The translations under genes and the position numbers were made by a program. Of a stretch of 64,000 bases of DNA, positions 27,601 through 43,600 are shown one piece after another (within the stretch, counting starts at the first letter, position 1; every line of letters starts with the position of its first letter). The DNA is from the human T2T-CHM13v2.0 reference genome, Homo sapiens: NCBI RefSeq assembly GCF_009914755.1, contig NC_060940.1; one strand, written 5' to 3'. The notes under the pieces were generated by a model. The model did no database searches. It saw nothing but the letters and a program-made list of their open reading frames with translations, and was not told where the DNA came from.

Positions 27601-30600
27601 TCGATGATGATTACATTGGATTCCATTCTATGATTCCATTCAATTCCATTCGTTGATGATTCGATTCCATTCAATGATGATTCCATTTGAGTTCATTCGA
27701 TGATTCTATTCGATTCCGTTCGATGGTGACTCAATTCTATTATACTGGATGATACCAGTCGATTCCATTTGATGATTATTCCATTGGAGTCCATTTAGTG
27801 AATCCTTTAGATTCTACTCGACGATGATTCCATTCGAGTCCATTCGATGATACCATTCAATTCCATTCGTTGATGCTTCCATTCAAGTGCATTCGATGAT
27901 ATCATTCGATTCCATTTGATGATAATTCCATTTGATTCCATGCGATGATTCTATTCGATTCCATTCAATGATAATTCCATTCAATTCAGTGATTCCTCTG
28001 GACTCCATTTGATGATGATTCCATTCAATGATTCCATTCGATTCTATTCGAAAATGATTCCATTTGAATCCATTTGATGATGATTCCATTAGATTCCATT
28101 TGATGATTCCATTCGATTCCATGCGACGATGATTCCATTCGATTCCGTTTGATGATTCCATTCTATTCTATTCGATGATGATTCCATTCGATTCCATTCG
28201 ATGATGATTGGATTCGATTCCATTGGATGATTTCATTTGATTCCATTCGTTAATGATTTCGATCAATTCCATTCGATGATTCCATTCGATTCCATTCGAT
28301 AATGATTACATCCGAGTCCATTCGATGATTCCATTTTAGCCTGTTCGATAATTCCATTTGAGTCCAACCAATGATTCCATTCATTTCCATTCAATGATTC
28401 CATTCGAGTCCATTTGATCATTCCGGTAGGGTCCATTCGATGTTGATTCCATTGGAGTGCATTCGATGATTCCATTCGAGTCCATTTTAGGATTTGATTC
28501 GAGTCCTTTCGATGATTCCATTCGATTCCACTCGATGATGATTTCATTCGAGTCCATTCGACACTTCCAATCGATTCCATTTGATGATTCCATTCGAGTC
28601 CAATTGATGATTCCATTCAATTCCATTCGATGATGATTCCGTACGATACCATTCTGTGATGATTCCATGTGATTGCATTCAATGATGATTCCTTTCGATT
28701 GCATTCGATTATGATTCATTTCGTGTTCATTCTATGGTTCCACAGGTTTCCATTCGTGTCCATTCCATTATTCCATTCTATTCCATTTGATGATGATTCC
28801 ATTCGATTCCATTCATTGGTGATTCCACTCAATTCCATTCAATGATTCCATTCCATTTCTTTCAACAATGATTCCATTAGTTTCTAATCGATGATCCACT
28901 TGATTCCATTTGACGACGATTCCATTCTTGTCCATTCGATGATTCCATTTGATTCCATATGATGATGATTCCATTCGATTCCATACCATGATGATTCCAT
29001 TCGAGTCCATTCAATGGTGATTCCATTCAATTCCATTCGATGATTCCTTTTGATTCCATTCGATGATGATGGCATTCGATTCCTTTCAATCATTCCCTTT
29101 GATTCCATTCAAAGGTGATTTCATTCAAGTCCATTCGATAATTGCATTCGATTCCATTCTATGATGATTCCATTCGAGTCCATTTGATGATTCCATTCAA
29201 TTCAAGTCAATGATGATTCCATTCGATTCCATTCGATGATTCCATTGGATTCCATTCGATGATGATTCCATTCAAATCCTTTCGATAATTCAATTCAAGT
29301 CCATTCGATGATGATTCCAATCGAATCCATTCAAAGATTCCATTCAGTTCCATTCGATGATTCCCTTAGATTCCATTCGATGATTCCACTTGATTGCATT
29401 TACGATGATTCCATTCGATTCCATGTGATGATTCCATTCAATTCTATTCAATGATGTCTCCATTTGATTCCATTCGACCATGATTGCCTTTGATTCCATT
29501 CAATGATTCCATTCGGTTCCGTTTGATGATGATTCCGTTCGATTCCATTTGATGATTCCATTTGATTCCATTGGATGGGTCCATTCGATTACATTCGATG
29601 ATTATTCCATTCGAGTGCATTAGATGATTCCATTCGAGTCCATTCGATGATTCCATTCGATTCCATTCGATGTTGATTCTGTTCAAATCCATTCGATGAT
29701 TCCACTCGATTCCATTCGTTGACTCCATTTGATCCCATTCGATGATTTCCTTTGATTCCCTTTGATGATCATTCCATTTGATTCAATTCGGTGATTTCAT
29801 TTGATTCCATTCAGTGATGTTTCCATTCGACTCCATTCGATGATGATTCCATTCGACTCCATTCGATTATGATTTCATTCAATTCCATTCGATAATGATT
29901 CCCTGCGAGTCTATTCGATGATTCCATTCGATTCCATTCAACGATGATTTGATTCGTGTCCATTCGATGATTCCATTTGATTCCACTTGATGATGATTCC
30001 ATTCGAGCCCATTTGATGATTCCATTCAATTCCATACTCCGATGATTTCTTTTGAGCCCACTCAATGCTTCCACTCGATTCCATATGATGATGACTCCAT
30101 TCGATGAAATTCGATGATGATTCCATTCGCTTGCTTTCGATGATGATTCCACTTGAGTCCGTTAGAAGATTCTATTCAATTACATTCCATGACGATTCCG
30201 TTCGAGTCCATTTGATGATTCCATTAGACTCCATTCGACGATGATTCCATTCGATGTTATTCGATGATTCCATTTGATCTCATTCGATGATGATTCCATT
30301 CAACTCCATTCGATGTTTCCATTCGAGTTCATTCTATTATTCCATTAGATTCCATTCGATGATGATTCCATTCGATTCCATTTGATGATTGCATTCTATT
30401 TCATTTGATGATGATTCCATTCGAGTCCACTCGATGATTCCATTCGAGTCCATTTAATGAATCCATTGGTTTCAATTCTATGATGATTACATTGGATTCC
30501 ATTCGTTGATGATTTCATTCGGTTCCATTCAATGATGATTCCATTCAATTCCTTTCAATGTTTCCATTCAATTCCATACGATGATGATTCCATTTGATTT

Positions 30601-30732
30601 GATTCGACAGTGAGCCATTCGATTCAATTCCATGATGATTCTATTTGATTCAATTGGTTGACATTTCCATTCGATTCCATTCGATGATGATTCCCTTTGA
30701 TTCCGTTCAAAGATGATTCCATTCTAGCCCAT
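24621..30732 (+). repeat. Higher-order unit 5 (6112 bp)
   Basis: Landmark offset 24689 -> 30801. Confidence 0.9.
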
Positions 30733-32631
30733 TCAATCATTCCATTCGATTCTATTCAATGATGATTCCATTCATGTCGATTTGGTGATTCCATTTGACT
30801 TCATTTGATGATGATTCCTTTCAAGTTCATTAGATGATTCCATTCGATTCCATTTGATGATGATCCCATTCGAGTCCATTCAGTGATTCCATTCATTTCC
30901 ATTCCATGATGATTCCATTCCTTTCCATTCAATGATTCCATTCGATTCCGTTTGATGATGATTTCATTCGAGTCCATTTGATGATTCCATTTGATTCCAT
31001 TCGATGATGATTCCATTCGAGTCCATTCGATGATTCTATTCGAATCCATTTGATGATTTCTTTTGATTATATTTGGTGATGATTCCATTGGAGTCCATTC
31101 AATGATTCCATTCTATTCCAATCGATGATGATTCCATTAGAGTCCATTTAATGATTCCATTTGATTCCAGTCTCTGATGATTACATTCGAGTCCATACGA
31201 TGATTCCACTCAATTCCATATGATGATGATTCCATTTGATTCCATTCGGTGATTCCATTCTATTCTATTCAATGGTGATTCCATTCGAGTACATTAGATG
31301 ATTCCATTCGATTCCATTCAATGATGATTCTATTTGTGTCCCTTAGATGATTCCACATGATTCCATTAGATGATGATACTATTTGAGCCCATCCAATGAT
31401 TCCCTTCGATTCCATTCGATGAGGATTCCATTCGATTCAATTCATTGGTGATTCTATTCAATTCAATTCTTTGATTCCATTCCATTCCATTCGACAATAA
31501 TTCCATTCGATTTCTTTCGATGATTCCACTCGATTCCACTTGACATTGATTCCATTCGATTCCATTCAATGATTCCATTTGATTCCAGTGGATGATGATT
31601 GCCATCGATTCCATTCGATCACTCCATTCTATTCCATTTGATGATGATTACATTCGATTCCATTTGATGATTCCATCTGATTCTATTCGAGGATTCCATT
31701 TGATTCCATTCGATGATGTTTCCATTCGACTCCATTCGATGATGATTCCATTCGACTCCATTCGATTATGATTTCATTCAATTCCATTCGATAATGATTC
31801 CCTTCGAGTCCATTCGATGATTCCATTCGATTCCATTCAACGATGTTTTGATTCGTGTCCATTCGATGATTCCATTTGATTCCACTTGATGATGATTCCA
31901 TTCGATTCCATTTGATGATTCCATTCAATTCCATACTCCGATGATTTCTTTTGAGCCCACTCAATGCTTCCACTCGATTCCATATGATGATGACTCCATT
32001 CGATGAAATTCGATGATGATTCCATTCGCTTGCTTTCGATGATGATTCCACTTGAGTCCGTTAGAAGATTCTATTCAATTACATTCCATGACGATTCCGT
32101 TCGAGTCCATTTGATGATTCCATTAGACTCCATTCGACGATGATTCCTTTCGATGTTATTCCATGATTCCATTCGATATCAATCGATGATGATTCCATTC
32201 AACTCCATTCGATGTTTCCATTCGAGTTCATTCTATTATTGCATTAGATTCCATTCGATGATGATTCCATTCGATTCCATTTGATGATTGCATTCTGTTT
32301 CATTTGATGATGATTCCATTCGAGTCCACTCGATGATTCCATTCGAGTCCATTTAATGAATCCATTGGTTTCAATTCTATGATGATTACATTGGATTCCA
32401 TTCGTTGATGATTTCATTCGGTTCCATTCAATGATGATTCCATTCAATTCCTTTCAATGTTTCCATTCAATTCCATACGATGATGATTCCATTTGATTTG
32501 ATTCGACAGTGAGCCATTCGATTCAATTCCATGATGATTCTATTTGATTCAATTGGTTGACATTTCCATTCGATTCCATTCGATGATGATTCCCTTTGAT
32601 TCCGTTCAAAGATGATTCCATTCTAGCCCAT
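30733..32631 (+). repeat. Truncated/chimeric unit (1899 bp; lacks 4213 bp of the unit's middle)
   Basis: Landmark offset 30801 -> 32700. At 31714-31718 the start of a unit (...CTATTCGAGGATTCC...) joins the end of a unit (TTTCCATTCGACTCC...). Confidence 0.9.
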
Positions 32632-35600
32632 TCAATCATTCCATTCGATTCTATTCAATGATGATTCCATTCATGTCGATTTGGTGATTCCATTTGACTT
32701 CATTTGATGATGATTCCTTTCAAGTTCATTAGATGATTCCATTCGATTCCATTTGATGATGATCCCATTCGAGTCCATTCAGTGATTCCATTCGTTTCCA
32801 TTCCATGATGATTCCATTCCTTTCCATTCAATGATTCCATTCGATTCCGTTTGATGATGATTTCATTCGAGTCCATTTGATGATTCCATTTGATTCCATT
32901 CGATGATGATTCCATTCGAGTCCATTCGATGATTCTATTCGAATCCATTTGATGATTTCTTTTGATTATATTTGGTGATGATTCCATTGGAGTCCATTCA
33001 ATGATTCCATTCGATTCCAATCGATGATGATTCCATTAGAGTCCATTTAATGATTCCATTTGATTCCAGTCTCTGATGATTACATTCGAGTCCATACGAT
33101 GATTCCACTCAATTCCATATGATGATGATTCCATTTGATTCCATTCGGTGATTCCATTCTATTCTATTCAATGGTGATTCCATTCGAGTACATTAGATGA
33201 TTCCATTCGATTCCATTCAATGATGATTCTATTTGTGTCCCTTAGATGATTCCACATGATTCCATTAGATGATGATACTATTTGAGCCCATCCAATGATT
33301 CCCTTCGATTCCATTCGATGAGGATTCCATTCGATTCAATTCATTGGTGATTCTATTCAATTCAATTCTTTGATTCCATTCCATTCCATTCGACAATGAT
33401 TCCATTCGATTTCTTTCGATGATTCCACTCGATTCCACTTGACATTGATTCCATTCGATTCCATTCAATGATTCCATTTGATTCCAGTGGATGATGATTG
33501 CCATCAATTCCATTCGATCACTCCATTCTATTCCATTTGATGATGATTACATTCGATTCCATTTGATGATTCCATCTGATTCTATTCGAGGATTCCATTT
33601 GATTCCATTCGATGATGATTCCATTCGAGTCCATTCGATGATTTCATTCGAGTACATCCAATGATTCCATTCGAGTCCATTAGATGATTCCATTTGATTC
33701 CATTTGAAAATGATTCTACTAGAGTCCATTCAATGACTCCATTCGAGTCCATTCAACAATTCCATTCGACTCCATTCGATGATTCCATTCGATTCCATTT
33801 GATGGTTCCATTCGAGTCCATTTAATCATTACAGTCGAGTCCATTTGGTGATTCCACTGGATTTCTTTTGATAATGATACCATTCAATTACATTTGATGA
33901 TGATCCCATTCAATTTCATTTGATGATGATTCCATTAGAGTCCATTCGATGATTTCATTCGAGTCCCTTCATTGATTCCATCCGATTTCATTGGATGATG
34001 ACTCCATTCGAGTCCATTCGATGATTCCACTCGATTCCATTAGATGACTCCATTGGAGTCCATTTGATTGTTCCATTCGATTCCATTCGATTCCTTTCGA
34101 AGATTATTCCATTTGAGTCCATTCGATGATGATTCCATTCCATTCCATTCGATGATTCCGTTTGATTCCATTCGATGATTCCCTTCGATTCCTTTCTTTG
34201 ATGATTTCATTCCATTCCATTCAATGATTCCATTCGAATCTATTCCATGATGATTCCTTTCGATTCCATTCGCTGATGTTTCCGTTCATTTCCATTCGAT
34301 GATGATTCCATTCGATTCCATTCATTGAGGATTCCATTTGATTCCATTCAATGATGATTCCATTCTATTCCACTCAATGATTGCATTCAATTCCATACAA
34401 TGATTATCCCATTAGAGTAAACTCAACGATTCCATTCAATACCATTCGATGATGATTCCTTTTGAGTCCATTCAATGATTTCATTCAAGTCCATTTGATG
34501 ATTCCTTTCAATTCCATTCTATGATGATTCCATTCGAGTCCATTCGATGATTCCATTCAATTGCATTTGATGATTCCATTATATTCCATTCAACGGTGAT
34601 TCCATTCGAGTCCATTCCATGATTCCATTAGAGTACATTTAATGATTGCTTTGTTTTCAATTCGAAGATGATTACATTGGATTCCATTCTATGATACCAT
34701 TCGATTCCATTCAATGATGATTCCACTCAAATCCATTGGATGATTCCATTCGTGTCCATTCGGTGATTTCATTAGATTCCATTCGAGGATGATTCCATTC
34801 GATTCCATTCGATGATTCCATTCAATTCCATTCGATGATGATTCCATTCCAGTCCATATGATCATTCCATTTGATTTCATTCGATGATGATTCCATTCGA
34901 TTCCATTCGATGATTCCATTCTATTCCATTCGATGATGATTCCATTCGAGTCCATTCGATGATTCCATTCGAGTCCATTTAATGATTCCATTGGGTTCAA
35001 TTCAATGATGATTACATTGGATTCCGTTCTATGATTCCATTCAATTCCATTCATTGACAATTTGATTCCATTCGATGATGATTCCATTTGAGTTCATTCG
35101 ATGATTCTATTCGATTCTCTTCGATGGTGATTCAATTCTATTATATTGGATGATTCCATTCGATTCCATTTGATGTTGATTCAATTCGATTCTATTCGAT
35201 GATGATTCCATTGGATTTCACTTGATGATTCTATTCGATTCCATTCAATGATGATTCACTTCTCGTCCATTGGATGATTCCATTTCATTCCATTCGATGA
35301 TGATTCCATTCGATTCCATTCGATGATTCCATTTGATTCCATGCGACGGTGAGCAATTCGATTCAATTCCATGATGATTCTATTTGATTCAATTAGATGA
35401 TGTTTCCATTCGAATCCATTCCATGATTATTCCATTGGAATCCATTCGGCGATGATTCCATATGAGTCAATTCAATGATGATTCCATATGGGTCCGTTCG
35501 ATGATAATTCCATTTGATTTCATTCGATGCTTCTATTCTATTCCAGTCGATGATGATTCCATTGGAGTCCATACGATGATTCCATTTGATTTCATTTGAT

Positions 35601-38600
35601 GATGATTCCATTCGATGATGATTACATTGGATTCCATTCTATGATTCCATTCAATTCCATTCGTTGATGATTCGATTCCATTCAATGATGATTCCATTTG
35701 AGTTCATTCGATGATTCTATTCGATTCCGTTCGATGGTGACTCAATTCTATTATACTGGATGATACCAGTCGATTCCATTTGATGATTATTCCATTGGAG
35801 TCCATTTAGTGAATCCTTTAGATTCTACTCGACGATGATTCCATTCGAGTCCATTCGATGATACCATTCAATTCCATTCGTTGATGCTTCCATTCAAGTG
35901 CATTCGATGATATCATTCGATTCCATTTGATGATAATTCCATTTGATTCCATGCGATGATTCTATTCGATTCCATTCAATGATAATTCCATTCAATTCAG
36001 TGATTCCTCTGGACTCCATTTGATGATGATTCCATTCAATGATTCCATTCGATTCTATTCGAAAATGATTCCATTTGAATCCATTTGATGATGATTCCAT
36101 TAGATTCCATTTGATGATTCCATTCGATTCCATTCGACGATGATTCCATTCGATTCCGTTTGATGATTCCATTCTATTCTATTCGATGATGATTCCATTC
36201 GATTCCATTCGATGATGATTGGATTCGATTCCATTGGATGATTTCATTTGATTCCATTCGTTAATGATTTCGATCAATTCCATTCGATGATTCCATTCGA
36301 TTCCATTCGATAATGATTACATCCGAGTCCATTCGATGATTCCATTTTAGCCTGTTCGATAATTCCATTTGAGTCCAACCAATGATTCCATTCATTTCCA
36401 TTCAATGATTCCATTCGAGTCCATTTGATCATTCCGGTAGGGTCCATTCGATGTTGATTCCATTGGAGTGCATTCGATGATTCCATTCGAGTCCATTTTA
36501 GGATTTGATTCGAGTCCTTTCGATGATTCCATTCGATTCCACTCGATGATGATTTCATTCGAGTCCATTCGACACTTCCAATCGATTCCATTTGATGATT
36601 CCATTCGAGTCCAATTGATGATTCCATTCAATTCCATTCGATGATGATTCCGTACGATACCATTCTGTGATGATTCCATGTGATTGCATTCAATGATGAT
36701 TCCTTTCGATTGCATTCGATTATGATTCATTTCGTGTTCATTCTATGGTTCCACAGGTTTCCATTCGTGTCCATTCCATTATTCCATTCTATTCCATTTG
36801 ATGATGATTCCATTCGATTCCATTCATTGGTGATTCCACTCAATTCCATTCAATGATTCCATTCCATTTCTTTCAACAATGATTCCATTAGTTTCTAATC
36901 GATGATCCACTTGATTCCATTTGACGACGATTCCATTCTTGTCCATTCGATGATTCCATTTGATTCCATATGATGATGATTCCATTCGATTCCATACCAT
37001 GATGATTCCATTCGAGTCCATTCAATGGTGATTCCATTCAATTCCATTCGATGATTCCTTTTGATTCCATTCGATGATGATGGCATTCGATTCCTTTCAA
37101 TCATTCCCTTTGATTCCATTCAAAGGTGATTTCATTCAAGTCCATTCGATAATTGCATTCGATTCCATTCTATGATGATTCCATTCGAGTCCATTTGATG
37201 ATTCCATTCAATTCAAGTCAATGATGATTCCATTCGATTCCATTCGATGATTCCATTGGATTCCATTCGATGATGATTCCATTCAAATCCTTTCGATAAT
37301 TCAATTCAAGTCCATTCGATGATGATTCCAATCGAATCCATTCAAAGATTCCATTCAGTTCCATTCGATGATTCCCTTAGATTCCATTCGATGATTCCAC
37401 TTGATTGCATTTACGATGATTCCATTCGATTCCATGTGATGATTCCATTCAATTCTATTCAATGATGTCTCCATTTGATTCCATTCGACCATGATTGCCT
37501 TTGATTCCATTCAATGATTCCATTCGGTTCCGTTTGATGATGATTCCGTTCGATTCCATTTGATGATTCCATTTGATTCCATTGGATGGGTCCATTCGAT
37601 TACATTCGATGATTATTCCATTCGAGTGCATTAGATGATTCCATTCGAGTCCATTCGATGATTCCATTCGATTCCATTCGATGTTGATTCTGTTCAAATC
37701 CATTCGATGATTCCACTCGATTCCATTCGTTGACTCCATTTGATCCCATTCGATGATTTCCTTTGATTCCCTTTGATGATCATTCCATTTGATTCAATTC
37801 GGTGATTTCATTTGATTCCATTCAGTGATGTTTCCATTCGACTCCATTCGATGATGATTCCATTCGACTCCATTCGATTATGATTTCATTCAATTCCATT
37901 CGATAATGATTCCCTGCGAGTCTATTCGATGATTCCATTCGATTCCATTCAACGATGATTTGATTCGTGTCCATTCGATGATTCCATTTGATTCCACTTG
38001 ATGATGATTCCATTCGAGCCCATTTGATGATTCCATTCAATTCCATACTCCGATGATTTCTTTTGAGCCCACTCAATGCTTCCACTCGATTCCATATGAT
38101 GATGACTCCATTCGATGAAATTCGATGATGATTCCATTCGCTTGCTTTCGATGATGATTCCACTTGAGTCCGTTAGAAGATTCTATTCAATTACATTCCA
38201 TGACGATTCCGTTCGAGTCCATTTGATGATTCCATTAGACTCCATTCGACGATGATTCCATTCGATGTTATTCGATGATTCCATTTGATCTCATTCGATG
38301 ATGATTCCATTCAACTCCATTCGATGTTTCCATTCGAGTTCATTCTATTATTCCATTAGATTCCATTCGATGATGATTCCATTCGATTCCATTTGATGAT
38401 TGCATTCTATTTCATTTGATGATGATTCCATTCGAGTCCACTCGATGATTCCATTCGAGTCCATTTAATGAATCCATTGGTTTCAATTCTATGATGATTA
38501 CATTGGATTCCATTCGTTGATGATTTCATTCGGTTCCATTCAATGATGATTCCATTCAATTCCTTTCAATGTTTCCATTCAATTCCATACGATGATGATT

Positions 38601-38743
38601 CCATTTGATTTGATTCGACAGTGAGCCATTCGATTCAATTCCATGATGATTCTATTTGATTCAATTGGTTGACATTTCCATTCGATTCCATTCGATGATG
38701 ATTCCCTTTGATTCCGTTCAAAGATGATTCCATTCTAGCCCAT
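32632..38743 (+). repeat. Higher-order unit (6112 bp), second copy within the 8011-bp triplication
   Basis: Landmark offset 32700 -> 38812. Shares diagnostic variants with unit 5. Confidence 0.9.
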
Positions 38744-40642
38744 TCAATCATTCCATTCGATTCTATTCAATGATGATTCCATTCATGTCGATTTGGTGAT
38801 TCCATTTGACTTCATTTGATGATGATTCCTTTCAAGTTCATTAGATGATTCCATTCGATTCCATTTGATGATGATCCCATTCGAGTCCATTCAGTGATTC
38901 CATTCATTTCCATTCCATGATGATTCCATTCCTTTCCATTCAATGATTCCATTCGATTCCGTTTGATGATGATTTCATTCGAGTCCATTTGATGATTCCA
39001 TTTGATTCCATTCGATGATGATTCCATTCGAGTCCATTCGATGATTCTATTCGAATCCATTTGATGATTTCTTTTGATTATATTTGGTGATGATTCCATT
39101 GGAGTCCATTCAATGATTCCATTCTATTCCAATCGATGATGATTCCATTAGAGTCCATTTAATGATTCCATTTGATTCCAGTCTCTGATGATTACATTCG
39201 AGTCCATACGATGATTCCACTCAATTCCATATGATGATGATTCCATTTGATTCCATTCGGTGATTCCATTCTATTCTATTCAATGGTGATTCCATTCGAG
39301 TACATTAGATGATTCCATTCGATTCCATTCAATGATGATTCTATTTGTGTCCCTTAGATGATTCCACATGATTCCATTAGATGATGATACTATTTGAGCC
39401 CATCCAATGATTCCCTTCGATTCCATTCGATGAGGATTCCATTCGATTCAATTCATTGGTGATTCTATTCAATTCAATTCTTTGATTCCATTCCATTCCA
39501 TTCGACAATAATTCCATTCGATTTCTTTCGATGATTCCACTCGATTCCACTTGACATTGATTCCATTCGATTCCATTCAATGATTCCATTTGATTCCAGT
39601 GGATGATGATTGCCATCGATTCCATTCAATCACTCCATTCTATTCCATTTGATGATGATTACATTCGATTCCATTTGATGATTCCATCTGATTCTATTCG
39701 AGGATTCCATTTGATTCCATTCGATGATGTTTCCATTCGACTCCATTCGATGATGATTCCATTCGACTCCATTCGATTATGATTTCATTCAATTCCATTC
39801 GATAATGATTCCCTTCGAGTCCATTCGATGATTCCATTCGATTCCATTCAACGATGTTTTGATTCGTGTCCATTCGATGATTCCATTTGATTCCACTTGA
39901 TGATGATTCCATTCGAGTCCATTTGATGATTCCATTCAATTCCATACTCCGATGATTTCTTTTGAGCCCACTCAATGCTTCCACTCGATTCCATATGATG
40001 ATGACTCCATTCGATGAAATTCGATGATGATTCCATTCGCTTGCTTTCGATGATGATTCCACTTGAGTCCGTTAGAAGATTCTATTCAATTACATTCCAT
40101 GACGATTCCGTTCGAGTCCATTTGATGATTCCATTAGACTCCATTCGACGATGATTCCTTTCGATGTTATTCCATGATTCCATTCGATATCAATCGATGA
40201 TGATTCCATTCAACTCCATTCGATGTTTCCATTCGAGTTCATTCTATTATTGCATTAGATTCCATTCGATGATGATTCCATTCGATTCCATTTGATGATT
40301 GCATTCTGTTTCATTTGATGATGATTCCATTCGAGTCCACTCGATGATTCCATTCGAGTCCATTTAATGAATCCATTGGTTTCAATTCTATGATGATTAC
40401 ATTGGATTCCATTCGTTGATGATTTCATTCGGTTCCATTCAATGATGATTCCATTCAATTCCTTTCAATGTTTCCATTCAATTCCATACGATGATGATTC
40501 CATTTGATTTGATTCGACAGTGAGCCATTCGATTCAATTCCATGATGATTCTATTTGATTCAATTGGTTGACATTTCCATTCGATTCCATTCGATGATGA
40601 TTCCCTTTGATTCCGTTCAAAGATGATTCCATTCTAGCCCAT
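38744..40642 (+). repeat. Second truncated/chimeric unit (1899 bp)
   Basis: Landmark offset 38812 -> 40711. Same junction sequence at 39725-39729. Confidence 0.9.
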
Positions 40643-43600
40643 TCAATCATTCCATTCGATTCTATTCAATGATGATTCCATTCATGTCGATTTGGTGATT
40701 CCATTTGACTTCATTTGATGATGATTCCTTTCAAGTTCATTAGATGATTCCATTCGATTCCATTTGATGATGATCCCATTCGAGTCCATTCAGTGATTCC
40801 ATTCGTTTCCATTCCATGATGATTCCATTCCTTTCCATTCAATGATTCCATTCGATTCCGTTTGATGATGATTTCATTCGAGTCCATTTGATGATTCCAT
40901 TTGATTCCATTCGATGATGATTCCATTCGAGTCCATTCGATGATTCTATTCGAATCCATTTGATGATTTCTTTTGATTATATTTGGTGATGATTCCATTG
41001 GAGTCCATTCAATGATTCCATTCGATTCCAATCGATGATGATTCCATTAGAGTCCATTTAATGATTCCATTTGATTCCAGTCTCTGATGATTACATTCGA
41101 GTCCATACGATGATTCCACTCAATTCCATATGATGATGATTCCATTTGATTCCATTCGGTGATTCCATTCTATTCTATTCAATGGTGATTCCATTCGAGT
41201 ACATTAGATGATTCCATTCGATTCCATTCAATGATGATTCTATTTGTGTCCCTTAGATGATTCCACATGATTCCATTAGATGATGATACTATTTGAGCCC
41301 ATCCAATGATTCCCTTCGATTCCATTCGATGAGGATTCCATTCGATTCAATTCATTGGTGATTCTATTCAATTCAATTCTTTGATTCCATTCCATTCCAT
41401 TCGACAATGATTCCATTCGATTTCTTTCGATGATTCCACTCGATTCCACTTGACATTGATTCCATTCGATTCCATTCAATGATTCCATTTGATTCCAGTG
41501 GATGATGATTGCCATCGATTCCATTCGATCACTCCATTCTATTCCATTTGATGATGATTACATTCGATTCCATTTGATGATTCCATCTGATTCTATTCGA
41601 GGATTCCATTTGATTCCATTCGATGATGATTCCATTCGAGTCCATTCGATGATTTCATTCGAGTACATCCAATGATTCCATTCGAGTCCATTAGATGATT
41701 CCATTTGATTCCATTTGAAAATGATTCTACTAGAGTCCATTCAATGACTCCATTCGAGTCCATTCAACAATTCCATTCGACTCCATTCGATGATTCCATT
41801 CGATTCCATTTGATGGTTCCATTCGAGTCCATTTAATCATTACAGTCGAGTCCATTTGGTGATTCCACTGGATTTCTTTTGATAATGATACCATTCAATT
41901 ACATTTGATGATGATCCCATTCAATTTCATTTGATGATGATTCCATTAGAGTCCATTCGATGATTTCATTCGAGTCCCTTCATTGATTCCATCCGATTTC
42001 ATTGGATGATGACTCCATTCGAGTCCATTCGATGATTCCACTCGATTCCATTAGATGACTCCATTGGAGTCCATTTGATTGTTCTATTCGATTCCATTCG
42101 ATTCCTTTCGAAGATTATTCCATTTGAGTCCATTCGATGATGATTCCATTCCATTCCATTCGATGATTCCGTTTGATTCCATTCGATGATTCCCTTCGAT
42201 TCCTTTCTTTGATGATTTCATTCCATTCCATTCAATGATTCCATTCGAATCTATTCCATGATGATTCCTTTCGATTCCATTCGCTGATGTTTCCGTTCAA
42301 TTCCATTCGATGATGATTCCATTCGATTCCATTCATTGAGGATTCCATTTGATTCCATTCAATGATGATTCCATTCTATTCCACTCAATGATTGCATTCA
42401 ATTCCATACAATGATTATCCCATTAGAGTAAACTCAACGATTCCATTCAATACCATTCGATGATGATTCCTTTTGAGTCCATTCAATGATTTCATTCAAG
42501 TCCATTTGATGATTCCTTTCAATTCCATTCTATGATGATTCCATTCGAGTCCATTCGATGATTCCATTCAATTGCATTTGATGATTCCATTATATTCCAT
42601 TCAACGGTGATTCCATTCGAGTCCATTCCATGATTCCATTAGAGTACATTTAATGATTGCTTTGTTTTCAATTCGAAGATGATTACATTGGATTCCATTC
42701 TATGATACCATTCGATTCCATTCAATGATGATTCCACTCAAATCCATTGGATGATTCCATTCGTGTCCATTCGGTGATTTCATTAGATTCCATTCGAGGA
42801 TGATTCCATTCGATTCCATTCGATGATTCCATTCAATTCCATTCGATGATGATTCCATTCCAGTCCATATGATCATTCCATTTGATTTCATTCGATGATG
42901 ATTCCATTCGATTCCATTCGATGATTCCATTCTATTCCATTCGATGATGATTCCATTCGAGTCCATTCGATGATTCCATTCGAGTCCATTTAATGATTCC
43001 ATTGGGTTCAATTCAATGATGATTACATTGGATTCCGTTCTATGATTCCATTCAATTCCATTCATTGACAATTTGATTCCATTCGATGATGATTCCATTT
43101 GAGTTCATTCGATGATTCTATTCGATTCTCTTCGATGGTGATTCAATTCTATTATATTGGATGATTCCATTCGATTCCATTTGATGTTGATTCAATTCGA
43201 TTCTATTCGATGATGATTCCATTGGATTTCACTTGATGATTCTATTCGATTCCATTCAATGATGATTCACTTCTCGTCCATTGGATGATTCCATTTCATT
43301 CCATTCGATGATGATTCCATTCGATTCCATTCGATGATTCCATTTGATTCCATGCGACGGTGAGCAATTCGATTCAATTCCATGATGATTCTATTTGATT
43401 CAATTAGATGATGTTTCCATTCGAATCCATTCCATGATTATTCCATTGGAATCCATTCGGCGATGATTCCATATGAGTCAATTCAATGATGATTCCATAT
43501 GGGTCCGTTCGATGATAATTCCATTTGATTTCATTCGATGCTTCTATTCTATTCCAGTCGATGATGATTCCATTGGAGTCCATACGATGATTCCATTTGA

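Noticed and set aside
31683-32051. Novel 122-aa 'fusion' ORF at the junction (also 39694-40062)
   Set aside because: The junction removes a stop codon from a spurious satellite ORF. It is useful only as a breakpoint marker.
30733-40642. Two independent 4213-bp deletions
   Set aside because: The breakpoints are identical and the flanking private alleles are shared, so one event followed by re-duplication is more parsimonious.
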